From positions 64,001 to 128,000 of the forward strand of contig JBBIVV010000001.1 in the NCBI GenBank assembly GCA_037439545.1: 64,000 bases of DNA, given 5' to 3'. This document shows positions 39,867 to 50,004 of the stretch, one piece after another. Each line of letters begins with the position of its first letter. Position 1 is the stretch's first letter. The position numbers were made by a program, and so were the translations under genes. A model generated the notes under the pieces. That model searched no databases. It was not told where the DNA came from and was given only the letters and a program-made list of their open reading frames with translations. This DNA comes from a bacterium. GTDB taxonomy: Bacteria > JAMCPX01.

Positions 39867-40696
39867 CACACTCCGAATAATCTTTGCACATTTCTGACGA
39901 AAAGCTTGTCTTCCACTTCTTTCCCAAGTTTCAGTGCCTTGATGGTGTCAATCTCTGTCATGAGATCATAAGGTATATTCGGGAAATCAGAGCCGTAGAG
40001 GATCCTGTCCTGATACTTGAGAATGGGTTCGACAGGCGGTCTTTTGTCGAATAAATTTGTCATGGTCATGGTCGTATCTGTCCACAGATTTTTGAAGTGG
40101 CCCATAAGATCGAAAAACTCGTTGAAATCCTCCGCTCCAAGGTGTGGCACGATGCATTTCATGTCCGGAAACCGCTTCATAAAACCATATATCTTGTCTG
40201 TCCCGCTTATGGCCCTTGTCATCTTTGCATATCCTTTAAGACTCGGACCTGTGCCTGCGTGTATGGTAAGTACCTTGCCGTATTCGCATATCTTTTCATA
40301 AATAGGGAAAAAACTTTCATGGTCAGGCGCCCTTGAGATAACATGACAGTGCAGCTTGATCCCTGCAAACCCGTACACCCTGAATATCCGGTCAAGTTCT
40401 GCTTTGATGTCCGTATCGTCGGGATGGATGGCTCCAAAAACCAAGAGTCCGGGATGAGTTTTTTTCAGGTTTTGGTTCCATTCGTTAAGAGAGGAAGCCA
40501 CCCCTGGCTTATGAGCGTAGTTATAGACAATGGCTTTTTCTATGCCGTTGTCCTTCAGTGTCTTGAGGCAATCTTCCGAATAGAGCTTATATTTTATCTT
40601 CCATGCGTAGGTATCAAACCACTTCCAGATCGCATCAAACAGGCTGTCCGGGAAAAGATGCACATGCGAGTCTATGTATTTTTCTGGTTTGCCCAT
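39863..40696 (-). CDS. amidohydrolase family protein
   Basis: IDSHVH, GIKLH, IHAG, PHLG, YGSDFP. Confidence 0.9.
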   Translation of the reverse strand: MGKPEKYIDSHVHLFPDSLFDAIWKWFDTYAWKIKYKLYSEDCLKTLKDNGIEKAIVYNYAHKPGVASSLNEWNQNLKKTHPGLLVFGAIHPDDTDIKAELDRIFRVYGFAGIKLHCHVISRAPDHESFFPIYEKICEYGKVLTIHAGTGPSLKGYAKMTRAISGTDKIYGFMKRFPDMKCIVPHLGAEDFNEFFDLMGHFKNLWTDTTMTMTNLFDKRPPVEPILKYQDRILYGSDFPNIPYDLMTEIDTIKALKLGKEVEDKLFVRNVQRLFGVW

Positions 40697-40811
40697 AAAA
40701 TCTCCCTATGATATATAATCAATGAAACGTGAGAAATGCAAGTTCACCCGGCAAAACGGCTCCGTTTCGGAGCAGGGTTCCGAAGGGGAAAAAGGGATAA
40801 GTGACCGAGTC

Positions 40812-41960
40812 ATGAGTAAGGCAGAGCAGGCAATAAAAGAAACGATAAGGGAGAAAGGTCCCATAACATTCGAGGAGTTTATGGATAAGGCTCTCTATCA
40901 CCCTTTGTCAGGCTATTACACCTCGGGCAGGCAGAGGGTCGGCGTGGAAGAGGACTATTATACTGCACCTTATGCAACATCGGTCATGAGTATGATTGTG
41001 GCACGGCAGATCGCACAGTTTTACGATCTGCTTGGCAAGCCCGAACCTTTCCATGTCCTTGAGGTCGGAGCAGGCTCGGGCAGGATGGCTGATGATATCT
41101 TGGAGTCTTTGAAAATATGGCACAAAGAACTGTATGAAAGAACGAAATATATAATCGTAGAGAAAACGAAAGGAATGAACGTGCAGCATCGAGATAAAAT
41201 CGATGTGTATGAATCACTGAATGACATGGACCGGAGAAGGGACATTGCTCCTAAAGTCCAGTCCTTTCCGGCCGGGCTCACAGGCTGTATACTATCAAAC
41301 GAGCTATTTGATGCATTGCCTGTTCATATCGTCGCTATGAAAGACAAATTATATGAAGTTTATGTGGGTATGGAGGATGATCATTTCGAGGAACTGCTTC
41401 TGCCGGCATCGGAGGAACTTTTAAACCATTTTGATTTTCTCGGCATCAGGCCCGCTGAAGGCATGTGGACAGAGGTCAACCTCAAGGCAAGGGACATGCT
41501 GAGGGCTATGTCGGATGTTTTAAAACGGGGATACCTGCTTACCATTGATTATGGCTATACTGCATCGGAATATTATGCACCGCACAGGATCAACGGCACG
41601 CTTGTTTGTTATCATAACCATAAAATAGATGATAATCCTTATGAGCTTGTAGGAGAAAAAGACATAACGAGCCATGTTGATTTCACAAGTCTCGAGAAAT
41701 GGGGCAGGGAGTTCTCGTTAAACACGGTCGGTTATGTCAGGCAGAGGGATTTCATTCTGTCCCTGGGATATGATGATCTCCTTATGAAGATTAAAAATAC
41801 CGTAAGCGACCCCGTCGACTATTACCGGCTTACATCGGCATCAAAGTTTCTTATCATGCCCGATGCAATGGGCGACATATTCAAGGTGCTTCTCCAGTAT
41901 AAAGGTGATACGCCATTGCCGGTGCCCGCGGGGTTTACCTGCAAGAACAGCAGCCTGTAA
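40812..41960 (+). CDS. SAM-dependent methyltransferase, MidA/NDUFAF7 family
   Basis: GPITFEEFM..ALY, EVGAGSG, SNELFDALP, IDYG, DITSHVDF; start moved to MSKAE. Confidence 0.88.
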   Translation: MSKAEQAIKETIREKGPITFEEFMDKALYHPLSGYYTSGRQRVGVEEDYYTAPYATSVMSMIVARQIAQFYDLLGKPEPFHVLEVGAGSGRMADDILESLKIWHKELYERTKYIIVEKTKGMNVQHRDKIDVYESLNDMDRRRDIAPKVQSFPAGLTGCILSNELFDALPVHIVAMKDKLYEVYVGMEDDHFEELLLPASEELLNHFDFLGIRPAEGMWTEVNLKARDMLRAMSDVLKRGYLLTIDYGYTASEYYAPHRINGTLVCYHNHKIDDNPYELVGEKDITSHVDFTSLEKWGREFSLNTVGYVRQRDFILSLGYDDLLMKIKNTVSDPVDYYRLTSASKFLIMPDAMGDIFKVLLQYKGDTPLPVPAGFTCKNSSL

Positions 41961-42175
41961 GGCTATAACTTCATTTTTCTTTTGACTTTAAAAAGATACC
42001 CAATGCTTTATCCGTTTTATTCATGTGGTTTACCCACCACTGTCCGGGCAGCCAATTGGTTTCTATCTGGACCTTCAGTGAAATGAGTATCAAGCGCAGA
42101 AAATAATGTACTCAGCCTGAGAATGATTGACTCACCTCATGCAATACTGATACAAACGAAACAAAAGGAGCTATT

Positions 42176-43756
42176 ATGAGAAATTACATAATCAAATATC
42201 TGATTGCTCTTTGTATCCCCGTTGCCATGGTTTCATGCACTTCATCCAAAAAAGGCACTTCACCCGTAAACTTCCCGAAAGGTTTTCTCTGGGGTGTGGC
42301 GACTGCTGCGGAACAGAGCGAGGGCGGCAATACCGGGAACGACTGGTATGTATGGGAGACAATGGGTAAGACCCCGCCAGTCGGACTTGCTGATAATTTC
42401 TATGAACCACAGTGGTACAACACGGACATTAACAACGTAAAATCCATGGGCCTGAATGCGTTCAGGCTCACCTTCGAATGGTCGAGAATAGTGCCCAATA
42501 AGCCGGCGAACGTCTTCGCACCATTGACAGCAGCCGATATTAACTGGACTGCTGTTCAACATTATACGGATGTTGTCAATGCCATGATTGCCGCAGGATT
42601 GACACCCGTTGTTACCCTTACTCACTACACCGTGCCGCAGTGGGTTGATAACCCTTCGGCTGCATACGACCAGACTGCTCAAACGTTTGCAGACGGGTCT
42701 CTCGGTGGCTGGACAAACACGATAACAGCCTATGCGTTCGCAAACTACGCAGGCTTCATGGCACAGCAGTTTTCTACCACCGTCAAATATTGGCTTACGG
42801 AGAACGAGCCTGTTGCAGACGTGCTGCTCGGCTACATTGCAGGTCAATACCCTCCTGGGTACAGCAATTATTTTGACCTGGCATCGACAACTAATATGCC
42901 TTTTTCAGCAAGTGTCATCACGGTCATGAAAAACATGATCATGGGGCATGCGCTTGCATATCATGCGATCCACGCAGCAGAGCCGGACGCAATGGTAAGT
43001 TTTGCCAAGAATTCCATTTTCCCGAGCGCCATACCCGGCAACGCAGCATCGGCAAAGGCTGCGGATGCATTTGATCATGCTTATAACCTTACTTATCTCG
43101 ATGCCCTGACGACGGGCATATTCGATACGGGGCTTACGGGCACCACGTTTACCGAGGGGCATCCGGACTGGGCACACACGCTCGATTACATAGGCGTCAA
43201 TTACTATGAAAATGACTACGTCGTGCCCGCACCTTTCGGCTTATTGGCTCCAATAAAAGCTTTACCATGCAGCGGAGCGATAGCCGGGGCATTGCAAGCA
43301 TTCAGTATCACTCTGGGAACTTTGGGCTGTCCTGCACAAAATCCTTCTGAAACACAGGGGCTGACCGGCATATTGTTGAAGTATGAACAACGTTACCACC
43401 TTCCCATACTGATAACCGAGAACGGCTGCAATTCCAATGTTCCTCTTGAAAAGGCGAAATACATTGTCCGGAACATCATGGCAGTAAACGACGCTATCAA
43501 TCAGGGGGTAGTTATGATCGGCTACCTGTACTGGACACTGAATTACGATTATGAATGGACATCAGGCTATGACCAGAGCGCGGGACTGTTCTTTGTGGAC
43601 GATTTCACGTCCTGTACCACGCCGTTCTGCCCTCTGATCCCGGATACAAACACCGGCTTCACGAGAACACCCATGCATCCTGCGACCGACGTTTACGCTG
43701 CAATAGCAACGGCAAACGGTATTAGTCCGACAGTGATCGATCAATACGGGCATTAA
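42176..43756 (+). CDS. glycoside hydrolase family 1 lipoprotein
   Basis: FPKGFLWGVATAA, EWSRI, TENEP (acid/base), ITENG (nucleophile), YEW..GY; lipobox MVSC. Confidence 0.88.
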   Translation: MRNYIIKYLIALCIPVAMVSCTSSKKGTSPVNFPKGFLWGVATAAEQSEGGNTGNDWYVWETMGKTPPVGLADNFYEPQWYNTDINNVKSMGLNAFRLTFEWSRIVPNKPANVFAPLTAADINWTAVQHYTDVVNAMIAAGLTPVVTLTHYTVPQWVDNPSAAYDQTAQTFADGSLGGWTNTITAYAFANYAGFMAQQFSTTVKYWLTENEPVADVLLGYIAGQYPPGYSNYFDLASTTNMPFSASVITVMKNMIMGHALAYHAIHAAEPDAMVSFAKNSIFPSAIPGNAASAKAADAFDHAYNLTYLDALTTGIFDTGLTGTTFTEGHPDWAHTLDYIGVNYYENDYVVPAPFGLLAPIKALPCSGAIAGALQAFSITLGTLGCPAQNPSETQGLTGILLKYEQRYHLPILITENGCNSNVPLEKAKYIVRNIMAVNDAINQGVVMIGYLYWTLNYDYEWTSGYDQSAGLFFVDDFTSCTTPFCPLIPDTNTGFTRTPMHPATDVYAAIATANGISPTVIDQYGH

Positions 43757-43848
43757 TAACTGAAGAGAAAAAATGGGGGGCACCTGCTCTTCTTTCAGGC
43801 GAGTTTACCCCAAACTTCTCTATTGCATTTTTCAGGTTAATATTCGCA

Positions 43849-43876
43849 GCAGGGACAATTCATAAATTGCCCCTGC
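43849..43876. repeat. REP-like palindrome
   Basis: GCAGGGACAATTCATAAATTGCCCCTGC, a near-perfect hairpin. Confidence 0.6.
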
Positions 43877-43986
43877 AATACTTTAAACGAAGTTTAAGTT
43901 CGTGGTTTTTAATAATAATTCTTGAAAATAAAAATAAACATTATAAATTAGGTGAATGAAATTTAAGGAAAGGAAAAAATACGTTT

Positions 43987-46413
43987 ATGGATTTCAAATC
44001 ACTGAAGACATCGGAATATAAGAAAATTTCTTTAGAGGAAACACTAAGCAACTTAAAAACCACTGCTCACGGGCTTAAGCAGTCTGATACTGTAGAACGG
44101 CATAAGATATTCGGTTACAATGAAATAGTAGAAAAAAAACAAAATCTGTTCGTGGAATTTATTTCCAGATATTGGGGGCCTATGCCATGGCTGTTAGAAC
44201 TGGCAATGGTACTTTCATTTCTACTGGATCGGCCGGTTGAAGGCATAATAATCTCCACGTTATTAACGATAAACGCAATCATAGGGTACGTGCATTCACG
44301 GGGTTCACAGAGAGCGGTTGAACTCTTAAAAAGTAAGCTGGCAGTCAAGGCCAGGGCACTTCGGGACGGCGAGTGGCTCATAAAGAATGCAAAGGATGTC
44401 GTACCAGGTGATATCATTCTGATTAAGCTTGGCGATATAGTGCCCGCGGATGTCAAGATTATGGACGAATCTTTGTCTGTCGATGAATCGGCTTTAACCG
44501 GTGAATCATTACCGAAAGAGCTCCATAAATCGGATGTCGTTTATTCCGGGTCTACGGTAAAAAGAGGGGAAACAAAATGTGTCGTTGTCAACATCGGTTC
44601 GAATACATATTTCGGCAGAACCGCAGAACTTGTTAAGATAGCCAAGCCGAAATCTCATCAGGAAGAAGTAATGATGACTATCGTAAAATATATGATGTAC
44701 CTGGGCATAATAGCTTCTGTCATTGTCTCTCTCTATGCGATTACCATACAGGTCCAGCTTATCATGATAGCGGCTTTTGTAGTCACGTTTCTTATGGGGG
44801 CTGTCCCTGTGGCACTTCCGGCTGTGCTTACAATAGTACAGGCTGCGGGTGCCATAGAACTTTCAAAAAATAATATCCTTGTGACAAGACTCGATTCCGT
44901 GGAAGACGCAGCATCTATAGATATCCTGTGTCTCGATAAGACAGGCACGATAACGGAGAACAATCTGTCGGTCACCGACAGTGTGCCTTTTAACGGCTCT
45001 CAGAAAGAGGATGTAATAAAATTAGCCATGCTGTCATCGCAGGAAAAGGGTATGGATGCCATCGATCTTGCCATCATTACCCACGGGAAACATCTTGGTC
45101 TGGATAACGCTATCAAGCCGTATAAACAACTCTCCTTCGTGCCGTTTGATCCGTCTATAAAAAGGACAGAAGCGGTTATCGAAGGCAACGGAGAACGATC
45201 CAAAGTCATAAAAGGTGCTGCACAGATGGTAATCAGCATGAGCACGGGCATGGATAAAGAAACTTTAGAAAAGGTAGAAACAACGGTAAGAAACTTTTCG
45301 CTGAAAGGGTACAGGACATTGGCAATAGCTCAATCAACGGATAGTAATATCAGTGAGTTTAAGTTTATAGGCTTGATTGCCCTCGCTGATCCGCCGAGAA
45401 AGTGTGCACAGAGCATGATAGAAGAAATAAAGGGGCTGGGCATAAAGCCAATGATGCTCACCGGCGACCATATCGCAATAGCAAAAGAGATAGCGAAACA
45501 GGTAAGCATCGGTGGAAACATAATAAGATTGCCCGATATCAAGGACTTGAGAGAAGAAGAACAGATGAAAATCGTGAACCAGTGCGATGGATTTGCAGAG
45601 ATATATCCCGAAGACAAATATAAGATTGTCAAATTGCTGCAATCCAATGGTCATACGGTAGGAATGACCGGCGATGGCGTAAATGATGCGCCTGCATTGA
45701 AACAGGCAGAGATGGGGATAGCGGTAAGCAATGCGACCGATGTTGCAAAAGCATCCGCAAGTATCGTTTTAACGGCACTGGGCATAAATGTAATAGTAGA
45801 TGCCATAAAGGTAAGCAGAAAGACATATCAAAGAATGCTTTCATGGGTGATAAATAAGGAGACAAAAGTAATAGGATTTGTGGGGGTGCTCACCATCGGA
45901 TTTTTCTGGCTGCATAAGCTGGTGCTGTCGCTTCTCGGCATGTCTTTGCTGGTATTCGCGAATGATTTTATAACAATGTCCCTTGCGACTGACAACGTAA
46001 AACATACCAGTAATCCGAATACATGGAACGTAAGAAATATTACCATCGCTTCTCTCTTTCTGGGCGTATTGTTGATTTTGGAAACAATACTCATAATCTT
46101 TATCGGGAAACGATATTTTAACCTGAACTTTAGCCAGCTTCGCACCTTTGTGCTGCTTAATCTCGTATTCAGCAGTCAGTTTAGAATTCTGATTGTCAGA
46201 GAAAGACAGTTTTTCTGGTCATCGATGCCCGGGAGAGAGTTACTCATCTTTACTGGATTAACGCTTGCTGCATTCGTGCTTTTAGGTACCTATGGCGTAT
46301 TTATTTCCCCTATCGCTTTATCTCAAGTTCTCATTATTCTCGGCTTATCGGCATTATTTACCTTAACTATAGACTTCCCGAAGTATTATATATTCAAGAA
46401 GGTTAAATTATAA
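43987..46413 (+). CDS. plasma-membrane proton-efflux P-type ATPase (type IIIA)
   Basis: WGPMPW..E, LTGES, PVALPA, DKTGT, MTGDGVNDAPALK, FANDF. Confidence 0.9.
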   Translation: MDFKSLKTSEYKKISLEETLSNLKTTAHGLKQSDTVERHKIFGYNEIVEKKQNLFVEFISRYWGPMPWLLELAMVLSFLLDRPVEGIIISTLLTINAIIGYVHSRGSQRAVELLKSKLAVKARALRDGEWLIKNAKDVVPGDIILIKLGDIVPADVKIMDESLSVDESALTGESLPKELHKSDVVYSGSTVKRGETKCVVVNIGSNTYFGRTAELVKIAKPKSHQEEVMMTIVKYMMYLGIIASVIVSLYAITIQVQLIMIAAFVVTFLMGAVPVALPAVLTIVQAAGAIELSKNNILVTRLDSVEDAASIDILCLDKTGTITENNLSVTDSVPFNGSQKEDVIKLAMLSSQEKGMDAIDLAIITHGKHLGLDNAIKPYKQLSFVPFDPSIKRTEAVIEGNGERSKVIKGAAQMVISMSTGMDKETLEKVETTVRNFSLKGYRTLAIAQSTDSNISEFKFIGLIALADPPRKCAQSMIEEIKGLGIKPMMLTGDHIAIAKEIAKQVSIGGNIIRLPDIKDLREEEQMKIVNQCDGFAEIYPEDKYKIVKLLQSNGHTVGMTGDGVNDAPALKQAEMGIAVSNATDVAKASASIVLTALGINVIVDAIKVSRKTYQRMLSWVINKETKVIGFVGVLTIGFFWLHKLVLSLLGMSLLVFANDFITMSLATDNVKHTSNPNTWNVRNITIASLFLGVLLILETILIIFIGKRYFNLNFSQLRTFVLLNLVFSSQFRILIVRERQFFWSSMPGRELLIFTGLTLAAFVLLGTYGVFISPIALSQVLIILGLSALFTLTIDFPKYYIFKKVKL

Positions 46414-46545
46414 CCGTCGGCTTGCGTCTTGACAAGAATGGAGTGACAAGGACGTTTAACTATGATAGTGTAAATTAGCTTGTGGGGGTGGATGTGAACG
46501 GAGGAAAGATCACGGTGCGTTTGACGCAACAGAGGAGGTGCTCTC

Positions 46546-48552
46546 GTGAAAAACTCCAGTTTATTAAAGCATAAAAAGGGCAAAGCCAAGAAATCAAAAA
46601 CAGCGCCGGATAGAACACGACATGCAGACCTCAAGCGGATAGAACAGGCATTATATGAGAGCGAGAAAAAATTCCGATTAATCTTTGAATATGCACCGAT
46701 TGGAATACTGCACTTTGACAATAAGGGGATAATATCTGCATGTAATGACAACTTTGTAAAAATTATCGGTTCATCGCAGGAAGCTTTAATCGGTTTGGAT
46801 TTGCTTAAACTTCCGGACATGCGTGTCATCGATGCGGTGCAGGAGGCGCTGCAAGGCAGCATAGCCTCTTTTGAAGGAGATTATAGTTCAGTGACCGGAA
46901 ACAAAGTCACACCGGTGAGAGTTCTTTTTGGTCCTATACTATCAAAAGACAGCAGAGTCGAAGGAGGCATCGGTATAATCGAAGACATCACCGGACGCAA
47001 ACAGGCTGAGGATGCCGTGCGTGAGAACGAGGAACGTTTCCGAACCCTGACTGAAACAACCTCCACTGCTATCTTCGTCTACTCCAATGAACGCTTTATT
47101 TATGTGAACAATGCAAGCCGGCTTATGACCGGCTACTCATCCGATGAATTACTCTCCATGCGATTTTGGGACGTGGTCCACCCCGATTACCGGCAATTGA
47201 TTCGCGAGAGAGGATTAGCCCGTCAACGCGGAGAAGATATACCTTCGCGTTACGAATTTAAGATTGTCCGCAAAGATGGCACAGAACGCTGGATTGATTT
47301 CACCTCCGGAAAAATTCAATGGCAGGGAAGGACCGCGGCTATTGCCTCTGCATACGATATTACGGAGCACAAGCTGGCTGAGGAAGAGAGGCAAAAACTC
47401 GCAGATCAGCTCCTTCATGCACAAAAGATGGAAGCCATCGGCAGGTTCGCCGGCGGCGTTGCTCATGATTTCAACAACATGCTGAACGTCATTATAGGTT
47501 ATGCGGAGATGGTTTCTGGCAGGCTTAACCATGAAGATCCATTGCGAAAAGAAGTAGATGAGATCCAGAAGGCAGGCATGCGTTCTGCTGCGCTGACGCA
47601 ACAACTATTAGCTTTCAGCAGAAAACAGATTATCAAACCCGAAGTGCTGGACATAAATGCACTTTTAAAAAATCTTGAAAAGATGCTTCGACGGGTGATT
47701 GGAGAGCACATAGACATAGTGGTTGCATTGGCAGATGATATTGGACGAATAAAAGTTGATCCGGCACAGATTGAGCAAGTCTTTATGAATCTTGCGCTTA
47801 ACGCAAGGGATGCAATGCCGCGGGGCGGCAAGCTGACCATTGAGACTGTAAATGCAGATCTCGATGATGTGTATGCTAAAGACCATGCTGAAGTTGTTAC
47901 AGGAAGGTACGTGATGATTGCCGTGACAGACACCGGTTACGGTATGGATAATGAAACGAGGTCCAAAATCTTCGAGCCGTTTTTTACGACTAAGGATAGA
48001 GGAAAGGGGACAGGCCTTGGACTTGCTACGGTCTATGGCATTGTAAAACAGTCGGGCGGTCATATCTTCGTCTACTCAGAGCCCGGGCAGGGCACGACTT
48101 TCAAGGTATACCTTCCACGCACCGATGCGCAGCTGGACTTAAAAGTGGTCGACCACAGAGGGAAAGAACACAGGGGAGGCAACGAGCATATCATGGTGGT
48201 GGAAGATGAACCTAAGCTGCGGCGTCTCTTTGAAGCGACCCTTCCATCACTTGGTTACCGCCTAACAACCGCTGCCAATGGTGATGAGGCGCTGGTTTTG
48301 ATTGAAGAAAAAGGGATAACTCCTGATCTTATTATCACGGACATAATTATGCCCGGAATGGGAGGCGTGGTGCTGGTTGAACGTCTCCGGAAACACCGGC
48401 CGGATATCAAAGTGCTCTACATGTCGGGATATACTGATAACGCCATAGTACACCACGGGGTGCTGGATCCCGGTATACCCTTTATTCAAAAGCCGTTTCA
48501 CATCAAAGACCTTGCCGAAAAGATCAAACAGGTCATGAGGGGAACGGATTGA
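46546..48552 (+). CDS. PAS-PAS hybrid sensor histidine kinase/response regulator
   Basis: Two PAS domains, [24 protein letters not shown]-terminal receiver TDIIMPGM. Confidence 0.92.
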   Translation: MKNSSLLKHKKGKAKKSKTAPDRTRHADLKRIEQALYESEKKFRLIFEYAPIGILHFDNKGIISACNDNFVKIIGSSQEALIGLDLLKLPDMRVIDAVQEALQGSIASFEGDYSSVTGNKVTPVRVLFGPILSKDSRVEGGIGIIEDITGRKQAEDAVRENEERFRTLTETTSTAIFVYSNERFIYVNNASRLMTGYSSDELLSMRFWDVVHPDYRQLIRERGLARQRGEDIPSRYEFKIVRKDGTERWIDFTSGKIQWQGRTAAIASAYDITEHKLAEEERQKLADQLLHAQKMEAIGRFAGGVAHDFNNMLNVIIGYAEMVSGRLNHEDPLRKEVDEIQKAGMRSAALTQQLLAFSRKQIIKPEVLDINALLKNLEKMLRRVIGEHIDIVVALADDIGRIKVDPAQIEQVFMNLALNARDAMPRGGKLTIETVNADLDDVYAKDHAEVVTGRYVMIAVTDTGYGMDNETRSKIFEPFFTTKDRGKGTGLGLATVYGIVKQSGGHIFVYSEPGQGTTFKVYLPRTDAQLDLKVVDHRGKEHRGGNEHIMVVEDEPKLRRLFEATLPSLGYRLTTAANGDEALVLIEEKGITPDLIITDIIMPGMGGVVLVERLRKHRPDIKVLYMSGYTDNAIVHHGVLDPGIPFIQKPFHIKDLAEKIKQVMRGTD

Positions 48553-48557
48553 CACAA

Positions 48558-49751
48558 TTACGATGCTATAGCCATGCCTATGCCGATCATCATCACTATC
48601 CACGCGATCATCAAATAGACACTCCATGTTCTCAACTTCATCGATGAAAGATCGATTGGTTTTGAAGACCTTCCCATCTTGAAAATAACGGTGATCAAGT
48701 ATCCTGCAATGACGATACCCATGACAAAGCTTAAAAGAAAAAGGGCAGTGCTTCCATAACTCATGTTTAATTTATAACTGTGGATTGAATAGCTGTATTT
48801 CCCTGCATAAAGCATGCGAAGCACCTCTCTTAAAGACGACATGGCGAAAACGGTAATCGCCATGACGACCGCGACAGGCACTGCGTATTTTCTCGGATCC
48901 GCCTGTGCCTTTATAAGCACAAGCAGCAGTATGAATGCAAAAGGCACCCCGGTCAAAAACATATAATTTGTATAAAAATGGAAATTTGCAGGCAGGCTCA
49001 GAAGCCACCACACACCGACAGCCATCTGCAGGACCGTAAAGCCCGCAGCCATCCTTGCTCCCGCTTTACCGACCCATGTAAGATAAGCACTATCCATATC
49101 TTCCCTTTTCCAGAAGTACCATGAATAGAGCATCATGAATGCTCCGGTGAGTGCAAAAGACGCAACGATGAAATGGAAAAACCTCGGCAGTTGAAATGCG
49201 TGCAACTGGGCACCGTAGAGGTTTACACTGTCGTTATTCATATACCATGCAAGCCATTTTTCAGGGACCAGCGCCTGATATGAAACAGCATGCATGATAA
49301 TACCGGCAAGGATGACGAGGAGGAATGAAAGAATGCCCCAGAGTGCGATATGCCGTTTCCCGGTGCTGGATTTCAGATAAAACAGGTACGCAAAGGAAAT
49401 GGCAGACATCAGAACAAATAATATGCCTATCATCCACGAAGCTGAAAGTACGTTTGATGTGTACCAGAACGGATCATAGATAACCTGCGTAAAGAGAAGC
49501 GGTGCAACACCGAGGACAATTGCAAGGGACAAATTTATTGTCGTCGCTTTTGCAAATGCTTTTGATAACGCTGTGTAGTACTTTCCGGGGTGGAGATAAG
49601 CATACACAGCCATACACGAGCCGCCGACAACGAAATTAACGAAAATAATATGCAGGGCGAATGTTACTATAAGAAGTATCCGGAACACCAATGGATAGAA
49701 CGGCACACCCATAGGATCCTGTAAAGATTTCAGCATATCCGGAATATTCAT
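48558..49751 (-). CDS. polytopic membrane protein, cytochrome bd subunit I (CydA)-like
   Basis: TFALHIIFVN, LGVAPLLF, PRFFHFIVAS and MSSLREVLR resemble CydA heme-ligand regions; no large Q-loop apparent. Confidence 0.55.
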   Translation of the reverse strand: MNIPDMLKSLQDPMGVPFYPLVFRILLIVTFALHIIFVNFVVGGSCMAVYAYLHPGKYYTALSKAFAKATTINLSLAIVLGVAPLLFTQVIYDPFWYTSNVLSASWMIGILFVLMSAISFAYLFYLKSSTGKRHIALWGILSFLLVILAGIIMHAVSYQALVPEKWLAWYMNNDSVNLYGAQLHAFQLPRFFHFIVASFALTGAFMMLYSWYFWKREDMDSAYLTWVGKAGARMAAGFTVLQMAVGVWWLLSLPANFHFYTNYMFLTGVPFAFILLLVLIKAQADPRKYAVPVAVVMAITVFAMSSLREVLRMLYAGKYSYSIHSYKLNMSYGSTALFLLSFVMGIVIAGYLITVIFKMGRSSKPIDLSSMKLRTWSVYLMIAWIVMMIGIGMAIAS

Positions 49752-49866
49752 AGAAATATCTTATAATTTATGCCGATAAAAGCAACAGAAAAGTGTGTTC
49801 AACTTATGATTTTGTATGATCAGTTCTTACCGCTCTACTATGAATAATTATTAATCCGAAAAATGC

Positions 49867-49976
49867 AACAGGGAAGTTTGCTCATTCGCTCAATCCTGCG
49901 ATCCACCTAAGATATAAAGGGGTTTTGTGATAAATGATTTTTAAGTCCTTTCGCTCATTACACAAACTCCCCTATT
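49867..49976. repeat. dispersed AATAGGGRAGTTTG repeat family: three copies including an inverted pair
   Basis: AACAGGGAAGTTTGCTCA; ATAAAGGGGTTTTGTGATAAATGA; TTCGCTCATTACACAAACTCCCCTATT. Confidence 0.6.
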
Positions 49977-50004
49977 TACAAATGCAGTTTTCGGGTCAAT
50001 TCTT

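Noticed and set aside
39712..39927. T-box leader for trpS, or a 71-aa ORF
   Set aside because: No T-box consensus (GGTGG.ACC) seen, and a promoter-like TTGACA lies downstream of it; the ORF overlaps the amidohydrolase and reads through palindromes.
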